Below are positions 23,771 to 36,750 of a stretch of DNA of 64,000 nt, piece by piece. The notes beneath the pieces were generated by a model, which worked only from the letters and a program-made list of their open reading frames with translations, had not been told where the DNA came from and did not search any database. Each line of letters opens with the position of its first letter. Position 1 is the stretch's first letter. Position numbers and translations under genes: made by a program. The stretch is taken from assembly GCF_963921235.1 (NCBI RefSeq), contig NC_086100.1:38254001-38318000 (forward strand), given 5' to 3'. This DNA comes from Mobula hypostoma (Eukaryota).

Positions 23771-24017
23771 TTGGAGCTAGGTTGTACTACTGGGGTACTG
23801 AGTGGAAGTCAACTATTTTTGCACAAAGAACAGTTGCAAGGTCAGTTACTCTGAGGTGCTGCAAAACATCACAGTTGATCAGTTCCAGTGTGATTGCTTG
23901 GGATTTGTTCCCCTCATGTCATCATGACTGGAGTGTTTGTAGATAAATTTCAAAGATAGGGAGGTGGGAGTGGGGGAAGGGAGGAAGAAGAAATTATAAT
24001 ATTTGAAAATAAAAATA

Positions 24018-24270
24018 CAGTACAGTGGATTCTGGTTAATTTGGACATATTTTGGCCCAGTAAGTGGCTACCCCATAGCTGAAGTTTCATGGAAATAGTT
24101 AAAGAGGTATGAAAAAGGACAAACTACTATTTAACTAAGTAACAAATTGTGTATTTAAATGAAATATAGAACAAATTAGAACACTACTAATACTACTACT
24201 ACTGTACTGTAAAATTGTGTATTAATTCCGACCAGTAATCAACAGACGAATTCATCTGGTGTATGCTGCT
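24018..24270. mobile_element. Possible pogo/Tigger-like DNA transposon terminal relic
   Basis: TA-CAGTggattctggttaatt start resembles Tigger-type TIRs; no partner TIR found. Confidence 0.35.
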
Positions 24271-25354
24271 GATTTACATGCACATAGTGCTGAAAACAAC
24301 AAAGTGAATTTTCAAGCAGCTTAGAGTTAATATTATATCCTCAATAAACATGAGTTCTGCAGCTTTAGTTCTAATCAAGATTTCTTTTTATTTTAGTCTT
24401 TTGCTTTGCCAGGTTAAGGTACTTGGCAGCATAGTTTGCATTGGGTATTTTACCTGCCACATAAGTTGGCTTTAAGAATCATTTTGTAATGCTCAGCTGA
24501 CACCTCAAATATTTACATTCTTTTTCTTCATGGTTAGTGAAAGCTTGTGATCATTGCAATTCAGGTACTCTTTGAGTTTAAAAGATAGGAATATGGTCAG
24601 TGGATAAGAAAGTTCAAAGAGAATATCTACAAGCTTTTGATCAGTTGGTCTGAGCAATCTTCAGAGTATACACCTTTACTCAAAAGTATGTCTGGGTGGA
24701 TACACAATATAAGTAATGTCGTTACAAGTCAAACCAAACTGCAGGTGTTTACTGATCACTCCAAAAGATTCAGTCATACAAACATGGATATTTATAGTTT
24801 AAATCCGTTTCATTTGGCAACTACTTATTTTTAAATAAGATAGCTGATTATGTAGTAAGTATGCCACACAAGCCTATTGAATTTTGCATCTATTTTTTTG
24901 CAGAGATTTTGGCAAATAATGTTTACATCAACTCTATAAATAAATGTTTTATGTTATTAAGAAGCCTAGTATAATTTTATTTGATGTGGTGCTGTTAAAA
25001 ATGGTAAATTTTTTCTGGTACAGCTGGCGTTCTAGTGTTGATAGATTCCTGCCAAGGAATTCATCCCTGTTGGGGAGTGCAATTATGCTTCATACCAGTG
25101 ACAGTTGAACACTGCCACCAAAATACATTCTATTGAAGCCAATGGAGGCAATGTGTGGCACATGTATGTAGTCAAGGTAAACTTTAAGATAGTTACATGA
25201 TTGAGCCACAAAAACACATTTTAAAAAGTAAAATGTATAAAAATACACTGTTTAAAAAACCCATCATGAATTGCTTGTTTAACTTTTTGATTTAATGTTA
25301 TTCAATTTTGCATTTTGAAATGCTTTGTTGTACAGTTGCAACATATACAAGTTG

Positions 25355-25495
25355 ACCTAAAAAGACTAAGATAAGTATGTGGATAGAAATTTATAGGGAT
25401 ATGGGTCAAATATGAGAAAATGGGACTAGCTTGGCATGCTTGGACGAATTGGGCTGAAAGACCTACTTCCTTGCTATATTACTGTATGACTCTGT
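25355..25495 (+). mobile_element. Old CR1 3' end
   Basis: gataagtatgtggatag..gggatatgggtcaaat..ttgggctgaaagacct..tgctat. Confidence 0.55.
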
Positions 25496-25689
25496 GTAAT
25501 CCAAATCTGTTTTCATGTAAACATTTCACATCTGAATTCTTGTTAGTGAAAGCTGAAAGTATGCTTGATGGGAAATATTACAAATGTACCATTTAAACCA
25601 CTCCAAAACTTTTTTGCCACATTCTCACCTGAGGTCCTACACTACCACTGCTATCAATGGGTAAATTCCTGTTGCCTACCATTTTAATT

Positions 25690-26225
25690 CTCCATCCCAC
25701 TCAAACTCAAACCTACCTCTCTGTAACCTTTTGCAGTGTTACAATGTAGCCCCACATAAGCTTGAATTAAAACACCCTTCTTCCATCATAGCGTGTCACA
25801 GACTTCTGGACTTAATATTGAAATGGATAATTCAGGGTTACCTGCTTTCTCTCTCTATTAGAAGTGGCAGTTTCTTCTCATTCTTCTATGGCATTGGCTC
25901 AGGATTTTCTCTGTCCATGTGTGCAAACTGATCTGTTTGTCCTGCATTTCAAGACATAATATGTTCCTTTGATTTCCCAGAGTTTGATCACCTCTATAAC
26001 TAATCCCAACAGCCATTTTGCCTTACTCCTTTTGTCTTATCCACCCCCTTACCCCTGTCTCTGCTGCTTAAAACTACTTTATTTGTCTCTCTTTTCCAAT
26101 TTTGACAAGTGCTCTTTGATCTGAAACTTTAATTCTGTTTCTATTTCTTCAAATGTTGTTTGACCTGCTGAGTGTGTCCAATATTTTCTGTTTCAGTTAC
26201 TTTTTTTCCAGAATCTGCAATTTAT
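25690..26225 (+). mobile_element. Ancient Neptune-type PLE 3' relic
   Basis: KLELKH..SGLNIE-like decay, pyrimidine-rich UTR, eroded hammerhead (tgacaag..ctgaaac), tgacctgctgagt, and ccagaatctgca tail. Confidence 0.5.
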
Positions 26226-27758
26226 TTGTATTGATCTTAATTTTCTATTGGTTGACCTATTTACCAGAAATTAATTGGCCTCCATCAAGTCACATTTAAT
26301 CTTTTTTTGCCCTTGACCAGTTTGGTGGGCCTACAACTTCAAAATTCAGTAGGATCCATGATTTAAGGACAGGCTGCAATGATTCAGCCTTAAATATAGT
26401 GGCTTTCCTTCAAACGTGGAACAAAATTTGCAAAAGGATTCAGGTAAATCTGGAGTTGAGTATGAGTGCTCAAAATTTAGAGAGGCCTAAGGAAATTGTT
26501 TGGGGGGCAGTGAGTAAGGAAGACGAGATAATTGGGAGGGGGAAGCTTAGAGAATGGAAGGAGTTTCATAGTAAGCATTAGCTGCTGTCTTTCATTTGTT
26601 GTGGGTCCTATAATCAATGGTTGAGGAGGAGGGTTTTGGTGACAGGGGCCAGCTTAGGCAACCACCAGTCAGGGGAAGGGTATGGATGTTCATTTGGGTG
26701 TTCATTGTTAACTGGAGGGAACTTGACATTGGATTGGTGAGTGGGAGGGGAATGATTGTAGGGGTAAGAAGGCCCTTTTGATTGAGAAATCAGAGAATGA
26801 GGGTGGGTGGGAAGTTGGATGAAGACTGTTGGGATTCAGGAAAAGGTTTCTCAAAAGTAGAGTATTTAATTAATAAAGTTAAAGAAACCCTTTCTGAGCC
26901 ATGTTCCCAACATCATGATGATGTCTGATCAGGGAGGATGTTTAAATTTGCTACTCAAGATTCAGAAGTGTTATTGGTTGGGTCAACAGATTCATCAATG
27001 CAGTAAATGAGTGTTAAAGGGAAAATGATGTGGAATGCAGAAAGTGTTCCATGAGTGTGTTCATGATTCACAACTACAGACAGGTAGAATTTTTATCTTT
27101 GACCTAAAAGTTGTCATCATTAATTGATTTGGTCTCCATGGAGGAGAAGAATGTTTTTCATGCAAATGACAATGAGAAAATAATGATATGGGGCAGAATT
27201 TCTCAGCAGCTTAGTTTTTAATATTTTGTTTAACTACACTCAGTTGGGTTCACTCATCTTTCTGCATGGATTTGCTGAAATGAGAAAATTACAGTTAATT
27301 TCATTCATTTACGAAGTGTTGCTACTATGGGATGTCTGTGCTTCACATCTGTACTCATCTTTTCCAGCACAACACTTGAAGTAACGCAGTATTACATTTT
27401 AATGCAGAAATATGTACTTGTCCTGATACATCACAGGGTAGAATGGACACCAGGACAAGAACAGGTGACACTAGAAAGTAGTGACCAAGTAGATGGTCAA
27501 CGGAAGGAGCTTTGAAAAGTTGAAGTGGTCATTGAGTTCAGAGAGAGATCTCCAATGCATGATTTTTAGAATAGAAATCATAAAATATTAATTCAAACAT
27601 CAAAAGTACAAATCTAACAGACAAATGTTTGAAAATCTTTATATACTAATATGTTACTTTAAACATTTGATATGGGAGAGTAATATAGTGAATACTTTGA
27701 AAAGGCTTTAGGGGAAGATAACACTTGTTCTTCCCGGCAGAACATGATATGTGTGTGA

Positions 27759-28045
27759 GGCACTACAGTAGTGTAAGTGTTAGTGCGATGCTATTACAGC
27801 TTGGGTTGTCGAAGTTCGTTGTTTAATTTTGGTTCTGTCTGTAAGACACATGTACGTTCTTCCCATGAGTGCATGGGTTTCCTCTGGGTGCTCCTGTTTC
27901 CTCAACAGTCCAAAGTCATACTAGTTAGTAGCCTAATGGATCATTGTAAAATGTCCTCAGATGAAGCTGAAGTTAAATAGCTGGGTTGCTGGGGGGTGCA
28001 GCTGATAGGGCTGGAAGGGCCTATTCCATGCTCTCATAAATAAAT
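27759..28045 (+). mobile_element. tRNA-derived V-SINE-like SINE
   Basis: ggcactacagtagtgtaagtgttag head; gggtttcctctgggtgctcctgtttcctc core; ggaagggcct tail. Confidence 0.75.
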
Positions 28046-30186
28046 GGGATAACTTAGGAAATTAAAATTCTCTTACCCTCCCTTTGTGGCATGATGACCA
28101 ACTGTTCAATATTTTTGGCAATGAGCTAGTTTGATAATCTCAGCTAGACAACCGTGAGGGTCCATTGTTGGTCTCATGTACTAGACACGGCTGTGAGGAA
28201 AGTACAACTATCTCACCTGCCTTTTTGTTACCTGTGATCCCTGCTGTTTGTTTTGATATTGGGCTCATTGTGGGTGATATTATGGAATAGACAGTTCACA
28301 GGGGGAATATATCCTTTGGTGAATAGCTGCCAGAAATTTACCTCAATATATGTTGATCTTTAAAAGAAAGAAGCAAGAAGGGGGGAAAAGGAAATTTTAT
28401 AAATGGTAACTTTAGAAGAGGAGCTATTTTAAAAAATAAGATTGTCTCTGTCAAAATCTATTTGGCTTGGGAATGATTATAGCTGAAACAAGTAGCCAAA
28501 AGTCAGCAGCTGAACTTGTTTATAACAAGTTCTCCATATTAGACTCCAGGACAATGTGGTAGATAATCAGAGTGTAAATGTATAGGGTTTATTTTTTCTT
28601 TATCTTTCCTGCGCATCCGGAGGTCTTCCCGAGTGGATCATTTGTATTTTCTCTTCACACAGCGCAGCTGGAGCACTTTCACTTAAGGTTTAAAACATTT
28701 CCCTTTCACTCAGGCACATGGCTTGACAATGGGCAATTGAACAACTTGATTTTTTCCTTTTTATATAAGGTGCGATCACCTCCTGTGGAACAAAAACATT
28801 TTGTAGGATTTTTTCCAATTTGTCCATCATCACTCTGCTGCAGGCAAAGATCTATATGTCTAGCAGAGGAGCTGAGTATTGTATCTGTATTTTTTTAATC
28901 TTGTTTTGCTGAACACCTGTTTCCAGCTCACAGATGTTTATCTGCTGTGATGCAGGATTGAGATAATTTAACTGCTGGAGAAAAATAGGAATATTTACAA
29001 TCGCTTTAAATGTCAACAAGCAGAGTGCTCCACTAGTTTATATCAACTAAGTTTCTCTTCCAGAATGCTCTTTTGAATATTTCCACGCATCAACTACAAA
29101 GACTTATTTTTGCTACAACAAACAACCATTAAAAAATAAAATCTTCAAAAATCGAAATAAAGCTAACATTTTGGTAATGTGTTTTCAGTATCGGAAACAC
29201 CAACTAATATTTTCTCAATTAAGCACTTACTAAAGAATTTGGTTATTATTGGCATATCTTGTAGGATGTTTGTTTCACTCATACTATGAAAACTGAGGCA
29301 ACAATCACAGGATAATAAATCAGTTTATGAATTTGTGCCAATTTTATTTCTCAGATAAACATGACAAGTCATGATGGTAAGAGATTTTTCAGTAAGGCTG
29401 CACCCTTTGGCCACCCACAGTTGAGTTTAGCACAATCATAATTTCAATCAAATGTGCTTTTTCAGACTGGTGTTGAAACCAAGATTCACTGTTTGTGCTG
29501 AGGACACAGCATAAAACTTTCCACTTCATATCTAAACTACGTCTATGGAATTTAACCTCATATTGAGCACGTTGTAGTGAAATTTCTTCTTTACCAGTGT
29601 GATTTTTCAATTACATGCTTTCTGTCAATATTTCAACTTGATGAGCAGCGAATCAATTTGAAGAATTCTCACAACCAATACCCCAGGACATTGGAAGCAG
29701 TAATTTTAAGTAGCCTTTTGAATATTTTATAAAAAGCAAAATAAAGATTGGGACATATGGATGAATTTGCAGATGAAAGTGAAATATCATTAAGAGAAAA
29801 AAAATTATTTATTGTTTCTAAAACTATGGAATTACCAAATTTCATTCTGAGAGTGTTAAAGTCTCCACACATAGAATTAGCACTTCAGGCTAATGGGTCC
29901 AGCATAATTATGTCCCTGTAAACTTTAAAATATAATTATGCCTTAATAAACAAGGATTAGCATTTTAATTGTTTAAAAAGTGAGAATAGAGCATAAAACA
30001 TTGTAGTCTTTGCCTAATCACAAAATCTGTGTTGACAGCATCTCCAAAGATTGAAAGAGTATTCCCTCTGGAGGTTCTATTGCTAACTACTGTTTTGGCA
30101 TTTAACTACACAATGACAAAAGCCAGAAGTTGTTGTCAGGTTTATCAAGTATTCCAGGCAAACACTGACATTTCTACCATCATTCT

Positions 30187-30640
30187 GAAGTCCTCCATTG
30201 GTCACGGTCGGCCATGGATAGTGTGGTCCCAGATGTCTACGCAATCTGCAAGCAAGGGCAGTATGATGTGGAGACAAAGCTGTGCCCATGCAGCGGACTG
30301 CTCCTCTCTACACAGCTGACTCATCCAAAGAAGCAGCAGGGACCAATTCAGTTTGGCACCAGCAGCTTTGCAAGAGTCACCAGTCAGCATTGAATGCAAC
30401 AACTGCCTTGGGGACTCCAGCTCTGGATATTTCATTGGGTTTACTCCCGAATCCTTCCCATGAGTGGGTATGGCTGCAAGGCAGCAGAGGATTGAAATCA
30501 GAGTTTTCCTTCTCCTAGATGAGCTGCCAGCCACGGCTGATGAGTTTCATCTGCCGTAAGCGACTAGAAAAGCATGACATTGAGAGCATTTAGTAGGTAG
30601 GAGTACTGCCCTGGGATATAACAACCTTAGAGAACCGTCA
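30187..30640. mobile_element. GC-richer repeat, probably an RTE-associated 5'UTR or SINE-like element
   Basis: Abrupt composition change. The motif ttttccttctcctagatgagctgcc resembles RTE-type 5' regions I recall; no coding homology seen. Confidence 0.4.
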
Positions 30641-31154
30641 TTATAAGCACAAATTCCAGGGCAATATGACTGATGAGAGTTGCAATTATCATTAGATTTT
30701 ATAGATGTGCACTTATTAGAAGATGGATTATAGGACATGATTGTGTCTAATTTTTAAGTACACCAGAGAAAATGGCGTAGCAATGTTATAAAAATGTTGC
30801 CTTTTGTAAACATTTCCACATTTTTTTATTTAAATTTTCCCTCTAGTGATACTTAAAGTTTTAAATTTATACATATGATATCAATAATAGAGCTGCCAGA
30901 AAAAAAAGTGTGGAAATAGAAGATTCAGACCACCGGCAATTTCTGAATACTGATGTAAAGTTGTTCCATTACAACACAAAACAATATAAAATTGTAATTT
31001 CTAATTTAAAGGGCTAGAGGTGAGAAAGGATGCACACTACTAAATACATGGTGAAACAGAACAAGGGATAAAACTTACTTACTTTGGTAACTGTTTTAAT
31101 ACAACACACACAAAATACTGGAGAAATTCAGCAGGATCTATAGAAATGATTAAA

Positions 31155-31192
31155 CAGTCAATGTTTCAGGCTGAGACACCTCTTCAGAACTG
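31155..31192 (-). ncRNA. Hammerhead motif, core boxes retained
   Basis: cagtt-CTGAAGA-ggtgtctcagcct-GAAA-catt-gactg. Confidence 0.55.
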
Positions 31193-31224
31193 GAAAGGAA
31201 GAGTGAAGATGCCAGAATAAAAAG

Positions 31225-32075
31225 ACATCTTTGTTGACTGTGCTGACCTTGGAAGCAATTGTGTTTTTTAGTTGTAACAGGCTGAAACAAGAATATTTAA
31301 TCATATCCATTGAGAGTACTGCTGCTACTCGAATCACGCCTAGGGGCCCTGGACAGAGTGAGCAGCTTCAAGTTCTTCGGTGTCAAGATCTCTGAGGATC
31401 TAACCTGGTCCCAACATACTGATGTAGTTATAAAGAAGGCAAGACAGCGGCTATACTTTATTAGGAGTTTGAAGAGATTTGGCATATCAACAAATACACT
31501 CAAAAACTTGTATTGTTGTACCGTGGAGAGCATTCTGACAGGCTGCGTCACTGTCTGGTATGGTGGGGCTACTGCACAGGACCGAAAGAAGCTGCAGAAG
31601 GTTGTAAATCTAGTCAGCTCCATCTTGGGCACTAGCCTACAAAATACCCAGGACATCTTTAGGGAGCGGCATCTGAGAGAGGCAGCGTCCATTATTAAGG
31701 ACTTCCAGCACCCAGGACTTGCCCTTTTCTCACTGTTACCATCAGGCAGGAGATACAGAAGCCCGAAAGCACACACTCAGCAATTCAGGAAAAGCTTCTT
31801 CTCCTCTGCCATCCAATTCCTAAATGGACATTGAAGCTTTGGACACTACCTCACTTTTTTTTAATATACAGTATTTCTGTTCTTGCACATTCTTTTAAAT
31901 CTATGGACTATACGTAATTGATTTACTTGTTTATTTATTATTATGTTTTATTTTATTTATTATTTTTTTCTCTCTCTCTCTCTCTCTGCTAGATTATGTA
32001 TTGCATAGAACTGCTGCTGCTAAGTTAACAAATTTCACATCACATGCTGGTGATAATAAACCTGATTCTAATTCT
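31225..32075 (+). mobile_element. Rex1/Babar-like 3' end with ~125 bp unrelated 5' segment
   Basis: DRVSSFKFFGVKISEDLTW..RQRLYFIRSLKRFG..LLPSGRRYRS; (GATTCT)n-like tail. TSD gaataaaaag (31215-31224 / 32076-32085). Confidence 0.88.
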
Positions 32076-34589
32076 GAATAAAAAGGTGGTGGGAGGGGAA
32101 GGAGGATAGCTAGAAGGTGATGAGTAAAATTAAGTGGGTAGGGTAGGAAAGATAAAGGGCTGGAGATGAAGGAATGTAATAGGAGAGGAGAGTTGACAAT
32201 AGGAGGGGCAAGGAGGAGGGGACCCAAGTAGAGGTGATATGCAGGTGAGAAGGGGCAAGAGGCCAGTGGAGAATAGAGGAATTGTTTTTACTGGAAGGAG
32301 AAATTGATAGTCATGCCATCAGGTTAGAGGCTACCCGGACAGAATACAAGGCATTTCTCCTTCACCATGAGGGTGGTCTCCTCTTGGCACAAGAGGAGGC
32401 CATAGGCTGCTACATTGGAACAGGAATGGGAATTGGAATTAAGATGTTTGGCCACTGGGAAGTTCCGCTTTTGATGAATGGAGTGGAGGTGCTCGAGAAG
32501 CAATTTTTCCCCCCCTGCTTACAATGGATCTTACAATGTAGAGGAGGCTGCATCAGGAGTACCAGATGCAAAAGATATCTCCGGCAGATTTGCCGGTGAA
32601 GAGTTGCCTCACCTGGAAGTACTGTTTGGGGTCTTGAATGGAGGTGAGGGAGGAGGTGAATGAGCAAGTGTAGCACTATGGCTGCTTGCAGAGATAAGTG
32701 CCAGGAGGGAGATCATGGGGAGGGATCAAAAGGAGCATTCCCTGCTGAAGGGGGGGGGGTGGGTGGGGGGAAGATGTGTTTGGTGTTAGGATCCCTTTAG
32801 AGATAGCGGAAGTTGCAGAGGATGATGTGTTGGATGTGGATGCTCATGATGTGGTAGGTAAGGATAAGAGGAATTCTATCATCATTAAGGTGGTGGTAAG
32901 ATGAGATGAGTGTGAATGTTCGGGAAATGGATGAGATGCGGGTGATGGCAGTATCAATGGTGGCAGAAGTAACCACATTCTTTGATAAAGAATGACATCT
33001 TTGATGTCCTGGAAAGGAAAGCTATATCCTGGGAACAGATGTGGTGGAGATGAAGGAACTGAGAAAAGGGAATAGCATTTTTACAGGAGACAAAGTGAGA
33101 AGAGGTCTAGTCAAGATAACAGTGAGAATCAATAGGTTTATGAAAGATGTCAATTATCTGTTTGTCTCCAGAGGTAGAGCCGGAGAGATTTAGAAAGGGG
33201 AGGGAGGTGTCAGAAATGGAATAAGTGAATTTAAGCACATGGTTGGAGGCGAAGTTAATGAAATTGATTAAGCAGCACCGATGCAGCCGTCACTATAGCT
33301 GAGGTAGAGTTGGGGAACTTGGACAGCTCTATGCAGCCAAAGGAAAGGCAGGCATAGCTGGGGACCCAAGCGGATGCCCACAGCTACCCCTTGAGTCTGG
33401 AGAAAGTGGGAGGAGCCAAAGGAAAAATTGTCAAGGGTGAGGACCATTTCTGCCAGATCAAGAAGGGTGGTGGCGGAAGGGAACTGATTGGTTCTTTCAT
33501 TAAGAAAGAAGTGGAGAGGTTTAAGGCCTTCTTCCTGGGGAATAGAAGTGTATAGGGACTGTTTTAATGTTTTTCTGAAAGCTACGTTATGAGGGTGTTA
33601 ACTACAAAAAGCGTGAAACCAAAAACATGATGTTTGATTATACAAAGAAAGGTACGTTTTATATTTTGTTGGCTGTGTTTTATAATTATAATTACAGCAT
33701 CTCAGTTCCCTATTTTTCAGTCATTCCTCAAACTGAAGAAAGGGAAAAATAATAATTCGTCTCTCCCCACGATTACTTAATAACCTGACCTACTTGATAA
33801 GCCTACGTAATTTTACTTCGGTTACTATCACTTTCACACCTACTAAAGTTCATTTTGTGCTATTATTCTTCATCACCATTGCTCAATTTGATTGATTGAT
33901 GAGGCAAACTAATCTTTCAATTTATTGAGATATAAAGGTACCTCTTTTCTGTTCAGTATTTTTGGTGCTGTAACTTGCTGGAGGAGCCAACTGTTATCAA
34001 GAAGGTAAAGGCAGAGATACTTGGAACCTACAGTGTATTACCAAAATCGAAGGGAATCAAGAATGAGAAAGGAACAGAGAGGTGACAGAGAAAGTGAATG
34101 AATTTGTTAAGTCACGAACAATTTCTATTTTAAGCCATATAGCAGAGAAAGGGACCATTCAGCCAACCATCAAGCATCCATTAATTCAACACTCACATGT
34201 TATTCTCCCCAAATTCCAATTAATCCCTCTCCAACCCCATTTCCAACCCTCAGATACAACCACTCACTTAGCAGTAGGGGCAATTTACTACAACCAATTA
34301 AGCAATCGATTTACACATTAATTTAACAAGATACTCCAAGGCAGGCGCATTGGCAAATAAAAAGTGACATTGATCTACATATTGGGTACATGGCCAGAAG
34401 TTTAGTTAAAGAACATCTTGAAGGAGATTGAGGTAGAGAAAGGGAATTCTAGATCTTGATATATGAACACTTGGATGCTATGGTATTGTGATAAAATAAA
34501 TCAATAAAAGAATCTAGAATATGAGGAACATTTATGTCTTGATGGATTCTGTTTACTCTTTAAGGATATGTGTACTGCTGAAAGGGCCA

Positions 34590-35400
34590 TTGCTTATTTG
34601 CAATCCCTACTTGCCACTGAACAGAGTTTTTTGTAAGGCCATTTAACCATATTGCTGTAGGTCTGGAGTCATATATAATCAGTACCTCCTGTACCTCATA
34701 AAGTGGCCACTGAGTGAATGTTTGTGGTCTTCTGCTGCTGTAGCACATCCACTTCAAGGATTGTCATGTTGTGCTTTCAGAGATGCTCTTCAGGACTTTG
34801 CTGATATAAATGTGTGGTTATTTTAATTACAGTCGCCTTGAAATAGTATAGCCATTCTCCTCTGACTTCTATCATTAACAATGTGCTTCCACCCACAGAA
34901 CTGCCACTCACTAGATGTTTTGTTGTTTTTCACACCATTCTCTGTATGCCTTAGAGACGGTTGTGTGTGAAAATCCCAGGAGACCAGCAATTTCTGAAAT
35001 ACTCTAATCACCCTGTCTGGCACCAACAATTATTCCATGGTCCAAGTCACATTTCTTCTCTATTCTGATGTTTGGTCTGAACAACAACTGAACTTCTTAA
35101 CCATGTCTGTATAGTTTGATGCACTGAGTTGCTGCCACTATGTAGCCAAGCAAGAGACTGGTTAGATATTTGTATTAGCAAGCAGGTGTACCTAATGAAG
35201 TGACCACTGAATGTTTTGATCAGAGCAGGTAGGGATAGCAAATTTCCTCTGCTGAAGCGTATCATTGAACCATATGGGGTTTTACAACAACCTGATACTT
35301 TTGTGATCTACTGATGCGAGTTACTTATTTGAAATTCCATATTACCGACTGAATTAAATTTCTACAGCTGCCTTAGTTGACTTGAACTTATTTTTGGATT
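34590..35400 (-). mobile_element. Old SINE relic split by a Tc1-like element
   Basis: ccatattgctgtaggtctggagtcatat (to ~34678) appears to continue as ggtagggatagcaaatttcc..tgaaccatatggggtttt (from ~35220). Family assigned from memory only. Confidence 0.4.
34685..35215. mobile_element. Non-autonomous Tc1/mariner-like element remnant
   Basis: TIR-type motif gtacct(c/a)at(a/g)aagtg(g/a)ccactga twice in direct orientation (~34691 and ~35188); Tc1 transposase-like SSEWQFCGWKHIVNDRSQRRMA on the minus strand. Confidence 0.65.
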
Positions 35401-35934
35401 GCTAGTCCAGTTTTTCTTGGTTTTGTGGTTGTCTGTGAGGTTGTATACTGCATACATACTTTGATAATAAATGTATTTTGAATCTTTGAATACTTTTGAG
35501 TAAATTATGTGCTACCCCCATCTCTGCATACAAATTGCCAGGTTGGAGGAAATAATAGAGATGGGAAGGGATGAGACCATTGAGCAAATTGGAAGCAAGC
35601 GGGAAGGTTGTTAGGTCAAAATGATTAGGTTTTAGTTAGGGCAGCAGAGTTTGTGATTACTTTGACCTTAATGAAGGTCACAAATCAGATTATTAGCCAG
35701 GAATACACTGGAAGTCTAATATGGAGACCAGAAGACAAAAGAGCAGAATTAGACCGTTCTGTCCCCAAAGCCATCTGTGGCAATGAATTTCACATATTTG
35801 TTACCGTCTGGCTAAATCTCCCCACCTCTGATCTAAAGGGATGTCTGTTTATTCTAAGGCTGGCCCTCTGGTCCTAAACTCTTCCCCCTACTGGAAATAT
35901 CCTCTCCATGTCTATCCAGGCTTTTTAATATTCA

Positions 35935-35955
35935 CAAACAAGAGAAAATCTGCAG
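35935..35955 (-). mobile_element. Solo PLE tail (21 bp)
   Basis: caaacaagagaaaatctgcag is the reverse complement of the tail at ~37245-37265. Flanked by atattca (35928-35934 / 35956-35962). Confidence 0.75.
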
Positions 35956-36750
35956 ATATTCAATAGGTTTCATTGAGATCTCACCTTCATCTTTCTAAAC
36001 TCCAGTAAGTACAGGATGAAAGCCATCAAAGACTCCACTTTAACCCTTTCATCCTTGGAATAGTTCTTGTAAACTTCCACCGTACTCTCTCCAACAACAG
36101 CAAATACTTCCTTAGATTTGAGGCCCAAAATTGCTCATTATACTCTAAATATGGTCTGATAAATACTTAATAAACCTCAGCATTACATCCTTGCTTTTAT
36201 ATTTTAGTCCTCTTGAAATGAATACCAATATTGCATCTACTTTCCTTACTACTAACTTAACCCGCAAGTTAACCTTTAGTGAACCCTAAACCAGGACTCC
36301 CAGTTCCCTTTACACCTGATTTCTGAATTTTCTCTCCATTTAGAAAAAAGTCTACATTCTTATTCTTTCCTTTGAACATAACCCCACACTTTTTCCCTAT
36401 GCTGTTTCCATCTCCCATTTTTTTGCATATTCTCTGAACCTATACAAATCCATCTACTTCCTTAACACTGCCTGCTCCTCCACCTATCATTGTATTTTTC
36501 AAATATGTGGCAACAAAGCCATCAGTTCCTTCATTCAGATTATTAACATAAACCATAAAATATAATGGACCCAATACCAATTCTTGGGGAACATCACTTC
36601 TCATCGTCAGCTAATCTGCCAGCCGACTGATGTATACATACTAGTGTCTTACCTGTAATACCATGACCTCTTATCATCTTTAGTAGCTTTATGTAAAACA
36701 CTTTGTCAAAGGCCTTCTGGAAATCCAAGAAAACAGCATCACTGACTCTT

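Larger units (their letters stand above)
31101..33557 (-). mobile_element. Neptune-type PLE, RT + GIY-YIG + tail-less pLTR, decayed; hosts a Rex-like insertion
   Basis: Minus strand QSLYTSIPQEEGL..LTLDNFSFGSSHFLQTQGVAVG..YSDG (decayed YIDD), and GIY-YIG remnants at ~32290-32700. TSD actgttttaat (31090-31100 / 33558-33568). Confidence 0.87.

Noticed and set aside
25024-25176. Candidate 153 nt exon (ttttctggtacag / aag-gtaaac)
   Set aside because: Stops in all three frames and no recognisable homology. Cannot be supported without RNA-seq.
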